Made by a program: the position numbers and the translations under genes | NCBI GenBank assembly: GCA_045538895.1 | Contig: JAZQEH010000089.1 | Location: 253 to 64,252, forward strand | Direction of reading: 5' to 3' | Length of the DNA stretch: 64,000 nucleotides | Origin: Eubacteriales bacterium | GTDB lineage: Bacteria; Bacillota; Clostridia; Oscillospirales; CAG-272 | In this document: in pieces, positions 9,901 through 18,139 of the stretch | Position numbering within the stretch: position 1 is the stretch's first letter | How the letters are laid out: every line of letters starts with the position of its first letter | Notes under the pieces: model-generated | The model's database searches: none | What the model saw: only the letters and a program-made list of their open reading frames with translations | Told to the model about the DNA's origin: nothing

Positions 9901-12332
9901 GACTTGCAGCTGATGTAAACACGTTCATAGGCGGAGGAAGTCTTGTTCTTGCTCCTGAAGCAACTATTACCGCAGATACGTTTAGCGGTAGCGTTGCGCT
10001 CAGCATAAACGGTGTTCCGCAGGCAAGAGATTATATTTCGGCTACATCGTATGAAGGCGCATCGGTAGCCTATACCGCACAGGACACTGAAAAATTCGTT
10101 TCTAATGCAGGCAAGTTCTCTGTTTCTTCCGAAGGTTACTTTGAAAAGACAAAGGTTATTTTCAAGCATCTCAAGGGTGTAGAAATCTATCCGAGAGCAG
10201 GTCTTGTTACCAGCGGCGACAGAATGCCTGCAGACGAAAAGTATGACGAAAGCACAGTATTCTATCTCACTCCCGGACTTTATAACTACGCAGTATATCA
10301 TTCGGCTGAAGACTACAAGCGTAAGTATATCTACATCACGGGTAAGGAAGAGGAGATAGTTCTCGACTTTACAAATTACACTCCTTTGGTTGGAGAGGGC
10401 TATGAAGCGGCACACTTCACCGAAAATACCGAAGAGATTTACGAAAAGTATTACAATACCGATTCTCTCGTAGGTTACAAGACCCCCGACACACCGTATT
10501 TTGCAAACAACCGCATAGGCAAGCGTCTCTTTACTTCTAACGAAGAGGCAAATGCATTTATTGCGGCAAAGGTTGCTTCTTGCAGCTATGCATATTCGTT
10601 TGATCTCTTCACATCTATCGGCGGCACAACCATTCCCGTTGTTGTGTTTACAAAGGATAATATTCCCGAAAACGCTACACTTGAAGACGTTGCAAGAATT
10701 GTAAACAGTAAAGATGGCAGAGATATTTTGATGGTTACCGCCATCGTTCACGGTAACGAGCCTTCCGGTGGTGAGGGTGCACTTGCATATATCAGCGAAA
10801 TGTGCGGCGAGTACGGTGAAAGCTTCCTTACGGATAACGTAGGTGCGGTAATCGTTATCCCACGAGTTAATCCTGACGGTTGCGAAGCCTTCACACGCAA
10901 TTCTCCGAATGCTACGGGTGAATCAAATCTCAACCGCGACTATATGATGCTTTCCAGTCCCGAAATAAGCGCAGTAGTAAAAGTAATTGATGCATTTGCA
11001 CCTACCGTTGCTATCGACTGTCATGAAGCACCTCTTGATCCTCAGTGGGGAGAAAGCTTTACTCTCACCGATATTTATGATGCAGGTCTTGTGACCTCGG
11101 CAACTCTTAACACGAGCCTTGTGGATAGCGAAGCCGTCCTTCGCGGTGATTATGCAAACAGAGGTATGAGCACGGTAGAGTTTATCACCGAGGCGATGAC
11201 GAACATTGAAAAAACAGGACTTCGTACTTATTATTACAATTCTACAGGTACTGCTCCTGCTACGTTTACGGGGTATTCTAACACAAAGGGCACTCTCGGA
11301 ATAACGCTTGAGGTTCCTGGTATTAACGCGGGCGACGCGGTTTATGCAAGACGTGTATTTGCTCAGGTTACTTCGATAAAAGAGATTTTCGAACTTGCAA
11401 AAGAGTCTAATGGCGCATATGCTAAGATGATTCGCGATTCGAGAGAAGAAACTGCACTTTCAGCACAGAAATTTGGTGTGGATACACCCATTGTGCTCGA
11501 AACTGCTTATTCTCGTCATGACAGCGCAACTCCTCGTTGGAGCAATCCTTTGCTTGCGGCTGATGGCACTATGAGAAATGCTGATAATATTACAAAGTAT
11601 TATTATCAGGATATTGCGGTCAAGTACCGTTCTCGTCCTACCGCTTATGTAGTAAAAGCGGATCTTGCAGGCATCGATAACGTTTTGTCCTTGTTTGATA
11701 AGCACGGTATCAACTACTATAAACTTGAAAGCGGAGCAACACTTACTCTCAAGCAGTATAGCGGAGATTCTACGGCGGCAAAACTTTCTGCGGCTGCAGA
11801 TGTAACATTTGAAAATGGAGCGTATATTGTTCCCGTTGACGGTTACAAAGCATATGTTACGGCAATTCTCTTCGAGCCCGAATATCCGGATAGCGGAGAA
11901 AACAAAGTAACATTTGCACAGATGGGATATCTCACCGCAAGTGATATTTACCGCTCCGAAGAAAGCTTTATCGCAGCAAAACTTGGTCTTTCAGGAACAT
12001 ATATCGAACTTGCAACAAACGGCAAGATGCTTGCAAATGCAGTTGTTGACGGCGAGACATACGAAAATGTTGATGTTGAGGGTGATAATGCATATGTTGT
12101 AAGAGCAGATGATACCATTACTCTTAATTTTACTGACGGTACAAGCGAAACCTACTATTACAGTGATATACCGGGTGATATTGACGGTGACAGAAACGTT
12201 ACCATTGCAGATGCACTTACACTTATCCGTGCGATTGTCAATGACGAAACTATCGAAAACGGCGATGTTAACGGCGACGGTAAAGTAGGCCTTGCTGATA
12301 CAATCCGTATTTTGAAATTGATTACACAGTGA
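3975..12332 (+). CDS. Giant secreted multidomain protein: repeated beta-helix modules, SGNH/GDSL hydrolase, M14 zinc carboxypeptidase, C-terminal dockerin
   Basis: AGGAGG RBS; signal peptide MNKKFLFF...SAFA; six VYVDG-type module starts; GDSITEG/GTND/DNLHP (SGNH); HGNEPSG/PRVNPDG/NLNRD/DCHE (M14); GDIDGD/GDVNGDG dockerin. Confidence 0.85.
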   Translation: MNKKFLFFIMAALCIILSISAFAADTVYVDGAGTAENCYATLADAVSAVDNGGTVVLTVDFTSTATVNLAAKDITITSQNNAVFKLKHALKLGGNTTFKNIKIDNARTATNYLYCCGNDLTVCEDATLTNSGGKTLLIFAGGNSKTACDLNNTITVKSGAWGNVYLGGYYATDVCSGNVTLNVYGSGTSIGTLKLGNYNNVDMDVNATVNFFDGTLSNITQTTDAAKYKYTVNLFGGTATKISVPVNVDLTNGGTVTISDENGQTVTTTAADGYEVVKSGTTYSVQKVETVAPTTVYVDGTGATAGTYTTFEDAFTALSSEGGTVIVCGDTQLGTTSKGVNLGNYNDFTGKVTITSENGAKLIFARSMTLNTDIEFKNIHIHCIIPSNLTANNNILARGNKFIVCEDVTMTKDEDAIYPTVVGGYTSATTYDSYIVIKSGAWQNIYGGGFSNTFAGNSYVEVSNTTVVGTISTGNRAGTFSGNGTLVIDLRGDKTVSATSFSENPTILVDEGYEAVLSNGTYLQREPIVADVIYVDGTGNTEGAYTSLAEAIVAYTGGEIVVCGDTTVSGELFVPEKEKDIVISSKNGAVLTLSANVSFAKNTNDTSVTFNLPVKANDAKIFGGFRNVTFTENFSVDGKLDFFGGVDTSALTENADAITEKEYTVTVNGGTFENFALGSYRYEYKHMVGSIAAPVTLNVNGGTFNSSFSVSGMAIIADNVTLNITGGTFNCPIYVRGGMGTVNTNGVKASQTVNSDRKYYAIDGDIAVNISGGTFNGGLIGAYEEQTAYTQVIRGAYTVSIIGGTFAEGTVFDATQVKAYANSDKKATITYPDTYNFSVVRFDNVNGSAVTYDEPIRIAYIGDSITEGYVSKDRLTDSYPAVIDKLAAEKGTVDLVSSNYGISASGILTSASYRFTDYLGYSLILEETDADYIVIAIGTNDSPAGGTTGALNTFAENYSNLVGEVGAIPTTKKVFVTNALVRDNENSGQIRVTSVVRPLQERMAKEFAAKDANKYVFVDLYRLTLPYAAEDKLLSSDNLHPNTAGYATMANVLYGVIFEGNDATPDTYYSNDVYVSTSGKPFASGTKDDPISRLDIAFSMLPAGEEATVHIIGKVAFAESLYTPITPSKLTIVGEGSGAILENGSASFKLGSDIKFDNITLATADSTEFYGCYYDVEMTDTVSLTGDWSFFAGHNIYAEGATNAAHDTVASASSDEDCTIILKANGTFTNFALGNRRCVGKAPFGTYSGNLTAYIGDNITITGTEHVGIIGQNYLTGNITVEMPEELVLPEYAPTYTVTSPIVYDSTKNTGIVTVITYKSTPAIIPTTVYLDGTGATDGAYTDFKAAVSALKNGGTVIVCGDTQIGTTGSGGGVTLDAVSGKVKVVSENSAVLTIARSLSLSSEMEFDNIIINSISTSIGNIFCRGNKLTIGSGVTVTVGSGAVYPALFGGASSGTVNYDTCMEVYGGTWRAIYGANYGGTLTGNSTLVIGNAVCNGKLSAANFSGTFNGNATLTIDLRGGKTVSAGTYVSVPVFLVDEGYEAVLDGGVYSQRELAPAPKLAYVDGVGEAEGYYKDLASAVAALRNGGTVVVSGKVKVDSETTLLAGGKVLITSRYEDEDYTDTAVLELSSDIVLNTAVTFKDITLDKVSSSNVNIVAMGNELVIDEGVYCRNTLASNYIILVGGAKSGTFEGNSNITVKSGYFRNIYGGNTNGTFKGNSTVNFLGGYVDNMVTGGSFMGNFEGDAAVNVGGDAVFVGTDTAVGIIGGCCGSGSGQYTFVGDIHLNFYGSSRVNSSVYGTTRYSNVTTTGNVYITVKDDAYIYSNLYAGGYNGTLNGNTSVVIDSGWVGVNLSAGSRSGTVNGDTYLEVNGGQINYYFTNYHSSYSKTAGEYNVGGGGLTGSVNGNTTVVINGGDIYGNVYGGALSTGTVSGNSTVTLTGGSIMCGAYADGKTAGSVAGTKTLNIDLSKGGTLSLGLAADVNTFIGGGSLVLAPEATITADTFSGSVALSINGVPQARDYISATSYEGASVAYTAQDTEKFVSNAGKFSVSSEGYFEKTKVIFKHLKGVEIYPRAGLVTSGDRMPADEKYDESTVFYLTPGLYNYAVYHSAEDYKRKYIYITGKEEEIVLDFTNYTPLVGEGYEAAHFTENTEEIYEKYYNTDSLVGYKTPDTPYFANNRIGKRLFTSNEEANAFIAAKVASCSYAYSFDLFTSIGGTTIPVVVFTKDNIPENATLEDVARIVNSKDGRDILMVTAIVHGNEPSGGEGALAYISEMCGEYGESFLTDNVGAVIVIPRVNPDGCEAFTRNSPNATGESNLNRDYMMLSSPEISAVVKVIDAFAPTVAIDCHEAPLDPQWGESFTLTDIYDAGLVTSATLNTSLVDSEAVLRGDYANRGMSTVEFITEAMTNIEKTGLRTYYYNSTGTAPATFTGYSNTKGTLGITLEVPGINAGDAVYARRVFAQVTSIKEIFELAKESNGAYAKMIRDSREETALSAQKFGVDTPIVLETAYSRHDSATPRWSNPLLAADGTMRNADNITKYYYQDIAVKYRSRPTAYVVKADLAGIDNVLSLFDKHGINYYKLESGATLTLKQYSGDSTAAKLSAAADVTFENGAYIVPVDGYKAYVTAILFEPEYPDSGENKVTFAQMGYLTASDIYRSEESFIAAKLGLSGTYIELATNGKMLANAVVDGETYENVDVEGDNAYVVRADDTITLNFTDGTSETYYYSDIPGDIDGDRNVTIADALTLIRAIVNDETIENGDVNGDGKVGLADTIRILKLITQ

Positions 12333-12340
12333 ATTAAGTC

Positions 12341-12374
12341 AAAATAGCACTTGCAGAAATGTAGGTGCTATTTT
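12341..12374 (+). terminator. Rho-independent terminator (near copy of 701-734)
   Basis: aaaatagcacttgca-gaaa-tgtaggtgctatttt. Confidence 0.7.
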
Positions 12375-12504
12375 GTGTATATATTTTCACCGTATGCTGA
12401 TAGTTGCTAACACAAAGCAAAGAACCGTATGGCAAGTAAATCTTGCTCATACGGCTCTTTTGCTAAATTCACGTTTTCCGTGATAATCACTGAAATAAAC
12501 AAAA

Positions 12505-12538
12505 ACACCCACTACTCATTTTGAGCAGTGGGTGTTCT
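12505..12538 (-). terminator. Terminator after the recombinase genes
   Basis: aacacccactactc-attt-tgagcagtgggtgtt hairpin; the A-run to its left reads as a U tail on the minus strand. Confidence 0.6.
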
Positions 12539-12539
12539 G

Positions 12540-14117
12540 TTATACTCTCATTTCCGCACCGTCACGGAACACAAAAGTTATCGTCCTATCGCTGTTCACT
12601 ATGGCTTTTTCAAGTGCTACTGTCCATATGGTATCATCGAACAGATCCAACTTTTCATCTGCATTTTTAAGCACGTAAATATAATCGTTGAACACATCCG
12701 CTTTGCGGAGTTTCACAAGCCGTTCTTCATCAAGTTCTGCAACTCTCACCGATGCCTTATCGTATCGTGCTACCAAGGCATTGTATTTTTTGAGGTAGGC
12801 CTCCTGGTCTTGTGCTTGCGATGCGTTGCTATGAATGTACTTTCTCGAAAGTTCGGTTACCTCCTCAAGTTCTTGCATAAGAGCTTCTCGCTCGGCATCT
12901 ATGGCTGTGCAATCTGCAAAGTAAGCTGCAGCGAGTTCGCAATTCGCAATTATCTCCTCTCGCATATCGTATATAGAATTAAACGCAAGGATGAATTTTT
13001 CTTTTATAGCATCTTCTGTAAAATGCGGTGTAGTACATTTGTGTTCGCCCTTGAACTTGTCATTACATTGCCAAATGACACGTCGGTACTCGGGACTATT
13101 AGAATTCCATACCTTGGGGCCGAAGAACCCGCCGCAGTCTCCGCAAACGAGCTTTGATGCAAGAATGCTCGAACTGCTGTATTTCTTTCCTTGATTTCTT
13201 CGCCGTGCTATTTCTCGTTGTACTTGTTCCCATTCATCCGGAGGTATAATGGCTTCGTGGCTCGTTTCAATATAATACTGTGGTACTTCGCCGTTGTTTA
13301 CTTTCAGTTTTTTGGTGAGAAAATCCACGGTGAATTTTTTCTGTAAAAGAGCAGCGCCTTTGTACTTTTCATTAGCGAGGATGCTTTGCACGGTGCTGAC
13401 ACTCCATTTTTCTTTATGTGCAGGTGTGGGGATACCGCTTGCGGTAAGTCCGCTTGCAATCATAAACGGTGTCTTGCCTTGCATGAATTCTTGGTAAATT
13501 CGGCGAATGATATGCGCTTCAGTTTCGTTGATTATCAAAGTTCCGTTTGGACCTTTATCGTAACCGAGGAAGTTGCTGTACGCAAGGCTGACCTTGCCAT
13601 CCGATGCACTCTTTCGCTTACCCCATGTAACATTCTCGGAGATGGAACGGCTCTCCTCTTGTGCGAGGCTTGACATTATGGTTATCAGCAGTTCGCCCTT
13701 ACTGTCGAGTGTCCATATATTCTCTTTTTCAAAATAGACCTCGACACCCTTGTCTTTTAGTTTTCTAACGGTTGTTAAACTGTCTACGGTATTCCTCGCA
13801 AAGCGACTGACCGACTTTGTCACTATGAGGTCGATTTTGCCGTTTAACGCATCCTCTATCATTCTGTTAAAGCCGTCACGCTTTTGGGTGTTCAAAGCGG
13901 AGATGCCTTCGTCTGTATAAACCTCTACAAACTCCCACTCAGGGCGACTTTGAATATATGTAGTATAGTAGTCCACCTGTGCCGCATAGCTTGTAAACTG
14001 CTCATCGCTATCTGTGGAAACTCTGGCATACCCCGCAACCTTGCGTTTGGATGCGGAAGTTTTGGCTTCATTTGTGTGTATATTCTTCGATGCAGGTATC
14101 ACGGTTACTTTTGGCAT
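12540..14117 (-). CDS. Large serine recombinase (resolvase + recombinase + Zn-ribbon + coiled coil)
   Basis: YARVSTD catalytic Ser, YTDEGIS, KSVSRFARN, CGDCG...WQC zinc ribbon. Confidence 0.92.
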   Translation of the reverse strand: MPKVTVIPASKNIHTNEAKTSASKRKVAGYARVSTDSDEQFTSYAAQVDYYTTYIQSRPEWEFVEVYTDEGISALNTQKRDGFNRMIEDALNGKIDLIVTKSVSRFARNTVDSLTTVRKLKDKGVEVYFEKENIWTLDSKGELLITIMSSLAQEESRSISENVTWGKRKSASDGKVSLAYSNFLGYDKGPNGTLIINETEAHIIRRIYQEFMQGKTPFMIASGLTASGIPTPAHKEKWSVSTVQSILANEKYKGAALLQKKFTVDFLTKKLKVNNGEVPQYYIETSHEAIIPPDEWEQVQREIARRRNQGKKYSSSSILASKLVCGDCGGFFGPKVWNSNSPEYRRVIWQCNDKFKGEHKCTTPHFTEDAIKEKFILAFNSIYDMREEIIANCELAAAYFADCTAIDAEREALMQELEEVTELSRKYIHSNASQAQDQEAYLKKYNALVARYDKASVRVAELDEERLVKLRKADVFNDYIYVLKNADEKLDLFDDTIWTVALEKAIVNSDRTITFVFRDGAEMRV

Positions 14118-15325
14118 TTATTTACCCCTTTCTTGAGCGTTTGCAGTGATTTAACGGTTCTTTCTCCGCTTTTTAGTATAAATGTGAGCGTGTTATCTTC
14201 CTCGGCTCTTATTTCCGTTATTTCACCAATACCGCCTACCTCGTCTGCAAGTGCAAGCAAGGTATCTTCGGGAATCGCTTTTGATGCACACGCATCTTTG
14301 CCGTAGGTGTTGTATGTAGGGCATATCCATATAGGCTTTCCTCTTGCGGTTTTTCTGCGGTAGTGCTTACCGCATACAGTGCAAGTAACAAGCCCAGTAA
14401 ACGGATAAGTTTTCTTCGGCTCGGATACGGTGAACTTCTCGCTTCGCTTTTTCATTTCTGTTTGTACCGAGTTATACGTACCTATATCAATAATTGCCTC
14501 ATGGCTGTTATCTACATGGTACTTCGGCAGTTCACCGAGGTTCTTTGTCTTGCGTTTGGTAAGGTGATTATCTCGGTAGGTAATATGGAGCAAAAGGTTG
14601 CCAGTGTAGGCGTAGTTCCGCAAAATGTTTATAATACTGTTTTTGCAAAACGGCTTGCCGAACCGAGAGGTTATCCCCTCGGCGGTGAGTGCTTTCATAA
14701 TACTCTCTGCACCCATACCCGAAAGGTAATCTCGGTATATGCGTTTTACCACCTCGGCTTCATCGGGAATAACAACAAACTTGCCGTCCTCATATCTGTA
14801 ACCGAACATCCTTGCACTCCACGGCATTCCGTTTTCAAAGTTTCGTTTCACTCGCCACTTTTGGTTTTCGCTTGCCGACAAACTTTCCTCTTGAGCATAT
14901 GATGCAAGTATCGTAAGCATAAGTTCACCGTCCGCACTTGCGGAGTGGATGTTCTGCTCCTCAAAGTAGACATCCACTCCGATGTTTTTAAGTTCTCGCA
15001 CCGTTTCAAGCAATGTTACCGTGTTCCTTGCGAATCTCGATACCGATTTTGTAATGACCATATCTACCTTGCCGTTTTTGCAGTCTGCAATGAGCCTTTG
15101 AAAATTCTCACGCTCATCTTTCGTACCGCTCAAGGCTTCGTCCGCATACACACCGACATATTCCCATGCGGTGTTGCTCTGTATCAGCTTTGCGTAGTAG
15201 CTTACCTGTGCCGAAAGCGAGTAAAGCATTGCTTCCTTACCCGAAGAAACCCTTGCATAAGCGGCAACTCGTTTTCGCTTCGGTACCGCAGGTGCAAACT
15301 GCACTTGTGTGACTTTTCGTTCCAT
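14105..15325 (-). CDS. Large serine recombinase (shorter, lacks the coiled coil)
   Basis: YARVSSG, YADEALSG, KSVSRFARN, CTVCG...WIC; GGAGA RBS before MERKV. Confidence 0.9.
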   Translation of the reverse strand: MERKVTQVQFAPAVPKRKRVAAYARVSSGKEAMLYSLSAQVSYYAKLIQSNTAWEYVGVYADEALSGTKDERENFQRLIADCKNGKVDMVITKSVSRFARNTVTLLETVRELKNIGVDVYFEEQNIHSASADGELMLTILASYAQEESLSASENQKWRVKRNFENGMPWSARMFGYRYEDGKFVVIPDEAEVVKRIYRDYLSGMGAESIMKALTAEGITSRFGKPFCKNSIINILRNYAYTGNLLLHITYRDNHLTKRKTKNLGELPKYHVDNSHEAIIDIGTYNSVQTEMKKRSEKFTVSEPKKTYPFTGLVTCTVCGKHYRRKTARGKPIWICPTYNTYGKDACASKAIPEDTLLALADEVGGIGEITEIRAEEDNTLTFILKSGERTVKSLQTLKKGVNKCQK

Positions 15326-15383
15326 TTCTTTCTCCTTTGTATCAATTAAGGTCATTACATATTCGCTCTATGTGGGGTATATA

Positions 15384-15530
15384 TCAAGCGATTTCGGCAA
15401 ATATACTGCACGAAGATAAGCCGTACTTTTTGGTAAGTATTCTGCACGTTTTCTTATACTCTTTTTCGGTAAATGTGCCGTTATCCAAAAGGCTTTTTAC
15501 AAGTGCAAGCGATGTACGATACAGCATCAT
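15384..15530 (-). CDS. Small SHOCT-like protein of the kind found upstream of tandem serine recombinases (start uncertain)
   Basis: LLDNGTFTEKEYKK...KY motif and position in the recombinase module. Confidence 0.55.
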   Translation of the reverse strand: MMLYRTSLALVKSLLDNGTFTEKEYKKTCRILTKKYGLSSCSIFAEIA

Positions 15531-15546
15531 ATTACACGGTGCATAT

Positions 15547-15921
15547 TTATCCTGCTTGTCTTGCTGCAATATAGCAGGCTCGGCAGCAGTACTTGCGATT
15601 TTTGTTGCCATAGCTTTCAAACTCCTTTACGCAATAGTTGCACTTGAGGTTGTAGTATGCCTTTCGGTTCACGCTGTCTTGATGGGTGTTCCACCAGAGC
15701 ATTCGGCAAGAGTCCGAGCAAAACTTTTTCTCTCTGCCTTTCGGAATATCCGTTATAACCTTACCGCATTGCTTGCAAAGCTTGGCATCGGGGCTTTTTG
15801 CATTCCGATGTATGTACGAACGCACGGTGCCGGCAGGCAAACCAAGCTTGGCTGCGATACTTGCGGAACTGCATCCCTCAAGCCTCATATTGTTGATTGC
15901 GATTTTTTGTTGTAGTTTCAT
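15547..15921 (-). CDS. HTH (sigma70 region 4-like) plus Cys-rich zinc-finger protein
   Basis: GCSSASIAAKLGLPAGTVRSYI HTH; CKQCG...FCSDSC, CNYC...YCCRAC; GGAGAA RBS before MKLQQ. Confidence 0.75.
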   Translation of the reverse strand: MKLQQKIAINNMRLEGCSSASIAAKLGLPAGTVRSYIHRNAKSPDAKLCKQCGKVITDIPKGREKKFCSDSCRMLWWNTHQDSVNRKAYYNLKCNYCVKEFESYGNKNRKYCCRACYIAARQAG

Positions 15922-15976
15922 GTGTTCTCCTTTGTTTTTGAGAGAGCGACCCGAGAGCCGCCCTCCCACAGTAACA

Positions 15977-16990
15977 TTATTCTTCGTCGCCTTTGACCTT
16001 GAGGAGCTTGATCGCCTTTGGAAGAAGGAGTTTGGCATCTACTCTCTGGCTGGTGATAAATGCCACCTGTCCTCGCTCGGCATAACGCTCTACAAGACGT
16101 TTAATAACTCGCTTGCCGCGGTCGCCGATTATAAAGTAACGGAAGTCACCGAACATTACCGGAATACTGCCCGGAGCGACATCGTCCATGGCATTGCATA
16201 TGTAGACGGGATGTCCGAGCAATTTCATAGGATCTTCTTTGTTAAGCCCTTTACTCCAAATGCCATCTCCTCGATAGTGCACAATCTGTGATACTCTGGA
16301 ATATGCGTCGTTAGACATTACCCACACTCCATGTTTGCGATGTCCCGCTGACACGGAATACTCCAAGTCCACAAGGTCATCTGCGGTGATTTTACCTTTC
16401 TCCGCAGTTACAACACCCACGGGTGCCTGATAAATAAGACCGAGCGGTTTGCCATTTCCGTCACCATGTACGAAAGCATCCTCTTCGGCGTCACCGATTC
16501 GCTCTGCGAATATATCCTCGATATATTTTTCAAGATTCACTCCGCCATCCTCAAGCATTTCATCCGAAACTTTGATTGAAGTGCACAATTTGTATGCATC
16601 AATTTCCACCTTGCCGAACTCTGCGTCGCTGAATTTGTACGGTTCGTTCTCGGTTATCCAGGTGGCATTCTCGCTACCCATAGAGATAGGGATTATAAGC
16701 TTGTGCGTGGTAGGTATAGTTGTTGAAATTTTGCGGAGGATATTCTTCTTCGAAAGAGCCTTTACAAGACTTCTTTCATAAGTATCAGGCACAAGATATC
16801 CACCGCTGCCGTCACTGCCACTCTTAAGTGCATTATGCGGCATACCGGTATGCATCGTTTCCCAGAAAGCCGTAGCGTATTCTTCGGCAGCTTTACGTTC
16901 TTTGACAGTGATGTCACGCTTGATACCAAGTGCTTCGTCTTTCATGATGCCGAGTCTTTTAAGATAATCATTAATGTTTTTAGTGTTCAT
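15977..16990 (-). CDS. Phage major capsid protein, HK97 family (short N-terminus)
   Basis: GSDGSGGYLVP, A.WITE, VSDEMLED, F.HGDGNGKPLG, FGDFRYF.IGDR, QRVDAKL; AAGGAG RBS. Confidence 0.9.
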   Translation of the reverse strand: MNTKNINDYLKRLGIMKDEALGIKRDITVKERKAAEEYATAFWETMHTGMPHNALKSGSDGSGGYLVPDTYERSLVKALSKKNILRKISTTIPTTHKLIIPISMGSENATWITENEPYKFSDAEFGKVEIDAYKLCTSIKVSDEMLEDGGVNLEKYIEDIFAERIGDAEEDAFVHGDGNGKPLGLIYQAPVGVVTAEKGKITADDLVDLEYSVSAGHRKHGVWVMSNDAYSRVSQIVHYRGDGIWSKGLNKEDPMKLLGHPVYICNAMDDVAPGSIPVMFGDFRYFIIGDRGKRVIKRLVERYAERGQVAFITSQRVDAKLLLPKAIKLLKVKGDEE

Positions 16991-17035
16991 AAAATTTCTC
17001 CTTTACTTTAGGGGTTAATACCCCGTTTGAATATT

Positions 17036-17207
17036 GAATTTTGTGCGTGAAAGCCGCCAACTGTTATGCATAGATAAGAGGCTGGAGATTGTATAGCCCT
17101 ACCCCAAAAAAACTTTTGCCTATTCCCTCTAAAACTTATGCGAATTTGTGCGTATCTTTCCCTGGCCGTTTTCCATATATTTATCGCCGAAGATACACAC
17201 CGCCCTA
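17036..17207 (-). repeat. Two imperfect tandem copies (about 65-70 bp) resembling phage cos regions
   Basis: 17036-17105 and 17142-17207 share gaatt(t)tgtgcgt ... cata.at ... agat ... gcccta. Confidence 0.55.
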
Positions 17208-17224
17208 GGCTAGCAGTGATTGTA

Positions 17225-17512
17225 GTGACAGCTTTGTGACAGTAATCACAGTGTACTGTCACAGCAAAAAAACTTTATACATCAAGGCTTCGCACGGTTT
17301 TTGTGACAGTTGTGACAGTTTTTTGAATTTCATTTTGGTTTTATATAATCTTTATATCTCTTTCTTTACACATATAAAGTTTTCTAAAATCTCCATAGAA
17401 GTTATAAAAACTGTCACTTCTGTCACTGAACCTCGAAAAAGCTATGTGCCACAAGGGTTTTCGTAGTGACAGTTGTGGTTTGGAACTGTCACAGAACTGT
17501 CACTACTGTCAC
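17225..17512. repeat. GTGACA/TGTCAC iteron array around an AT-rich core (replication-origin-like)
   Basis: About 11 hexamer copies in direct and inverted orientation flanking AT-rich 17320-17400. Confidence 0.7.
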
Positions 17513-17632
17513 GCTTATGCGAGAAAATCCGTACTGTCATAATGTCCCTCCTTCATTTTTGAAAAATTGATGTCGAATTGGTTGTCTTTTTAATTGCACA
17601 TACGGCATCACTCCTTTCATTTGATTTTTTAG

Positions 17633-17754
17633 TCCTCACTATATAGCCACGGAAATGGCGAAATTTAAGCCTCCTTGAGAAAATTCTTTCAAAAACCTTT
17701 TATTTTTGGTTAATCCTCCTCACTTGTAGCCACGAAAATGGCAAAAATTAACCC
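17633..17754. repeat. Imperfect direct repeat pair (about 39 bp)
   Basis: tcctcactatatagccacggaaatggcgaaatttaagcc versus tcctcacttgtagccacgaaaatggcaaaaattaaccc. Confidence 0.75.
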
Positions 17755-17911
17755 CCTATGATAAAAATTTTTTCAAAATTTTTCCGTTACTCATCTCCCC
17801 ATGGGTACTGGGAGCACTATTTTGACGAAAATTGCAAAAAAAATAAAGCCTCACATGCAAAAAGCATGCGAAGCTTTCGATTCTATGAATTCTTATAATA
17901 CAACGAAACTA

Positions 17912-18139
17912 TTATTCTATCTTACTGCACACATCCTCGCCATAGACGATACCGAGCGACGAACCACAATCCCACCGCACATGGATGGTGCCAATATCGT
18001 CAACTGCAACTACAGTTCCTTTCGCTCCAGGCGTAAGTGCAGTATTGTATGGGTCCCTCATGTGTACAAGTTCTACCCTCGTTCCCACCGTGTACTTTTC
18101 TCGCAAGATTCCGAGTGCCAATTTACCGATGTTTACCAT
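17912..18139 (-). CDS. DUF4314-like small phage/ICE protein
   Basis: KYTVGTRVELVHMRDPY...GTVVAVDDIGTIHVRWDCGSSLGIVYGED; GGAGG RBS. Confidence 0.8.
   Translation of the reverse strand: MVNIGKLALGILREKYTVGTRVELVHMRDPYNTALTPGAKGTVVAVDDIGTIHVRWDCGSSLGIVYGEDVCSKIE

Noticed and set aside
17225-17512. Possible CRISPR array
   Set aside because: Repeats are 6-9 bp, irregularly spaced and in both orientations; no CRISPR array is seen anywhere in the window
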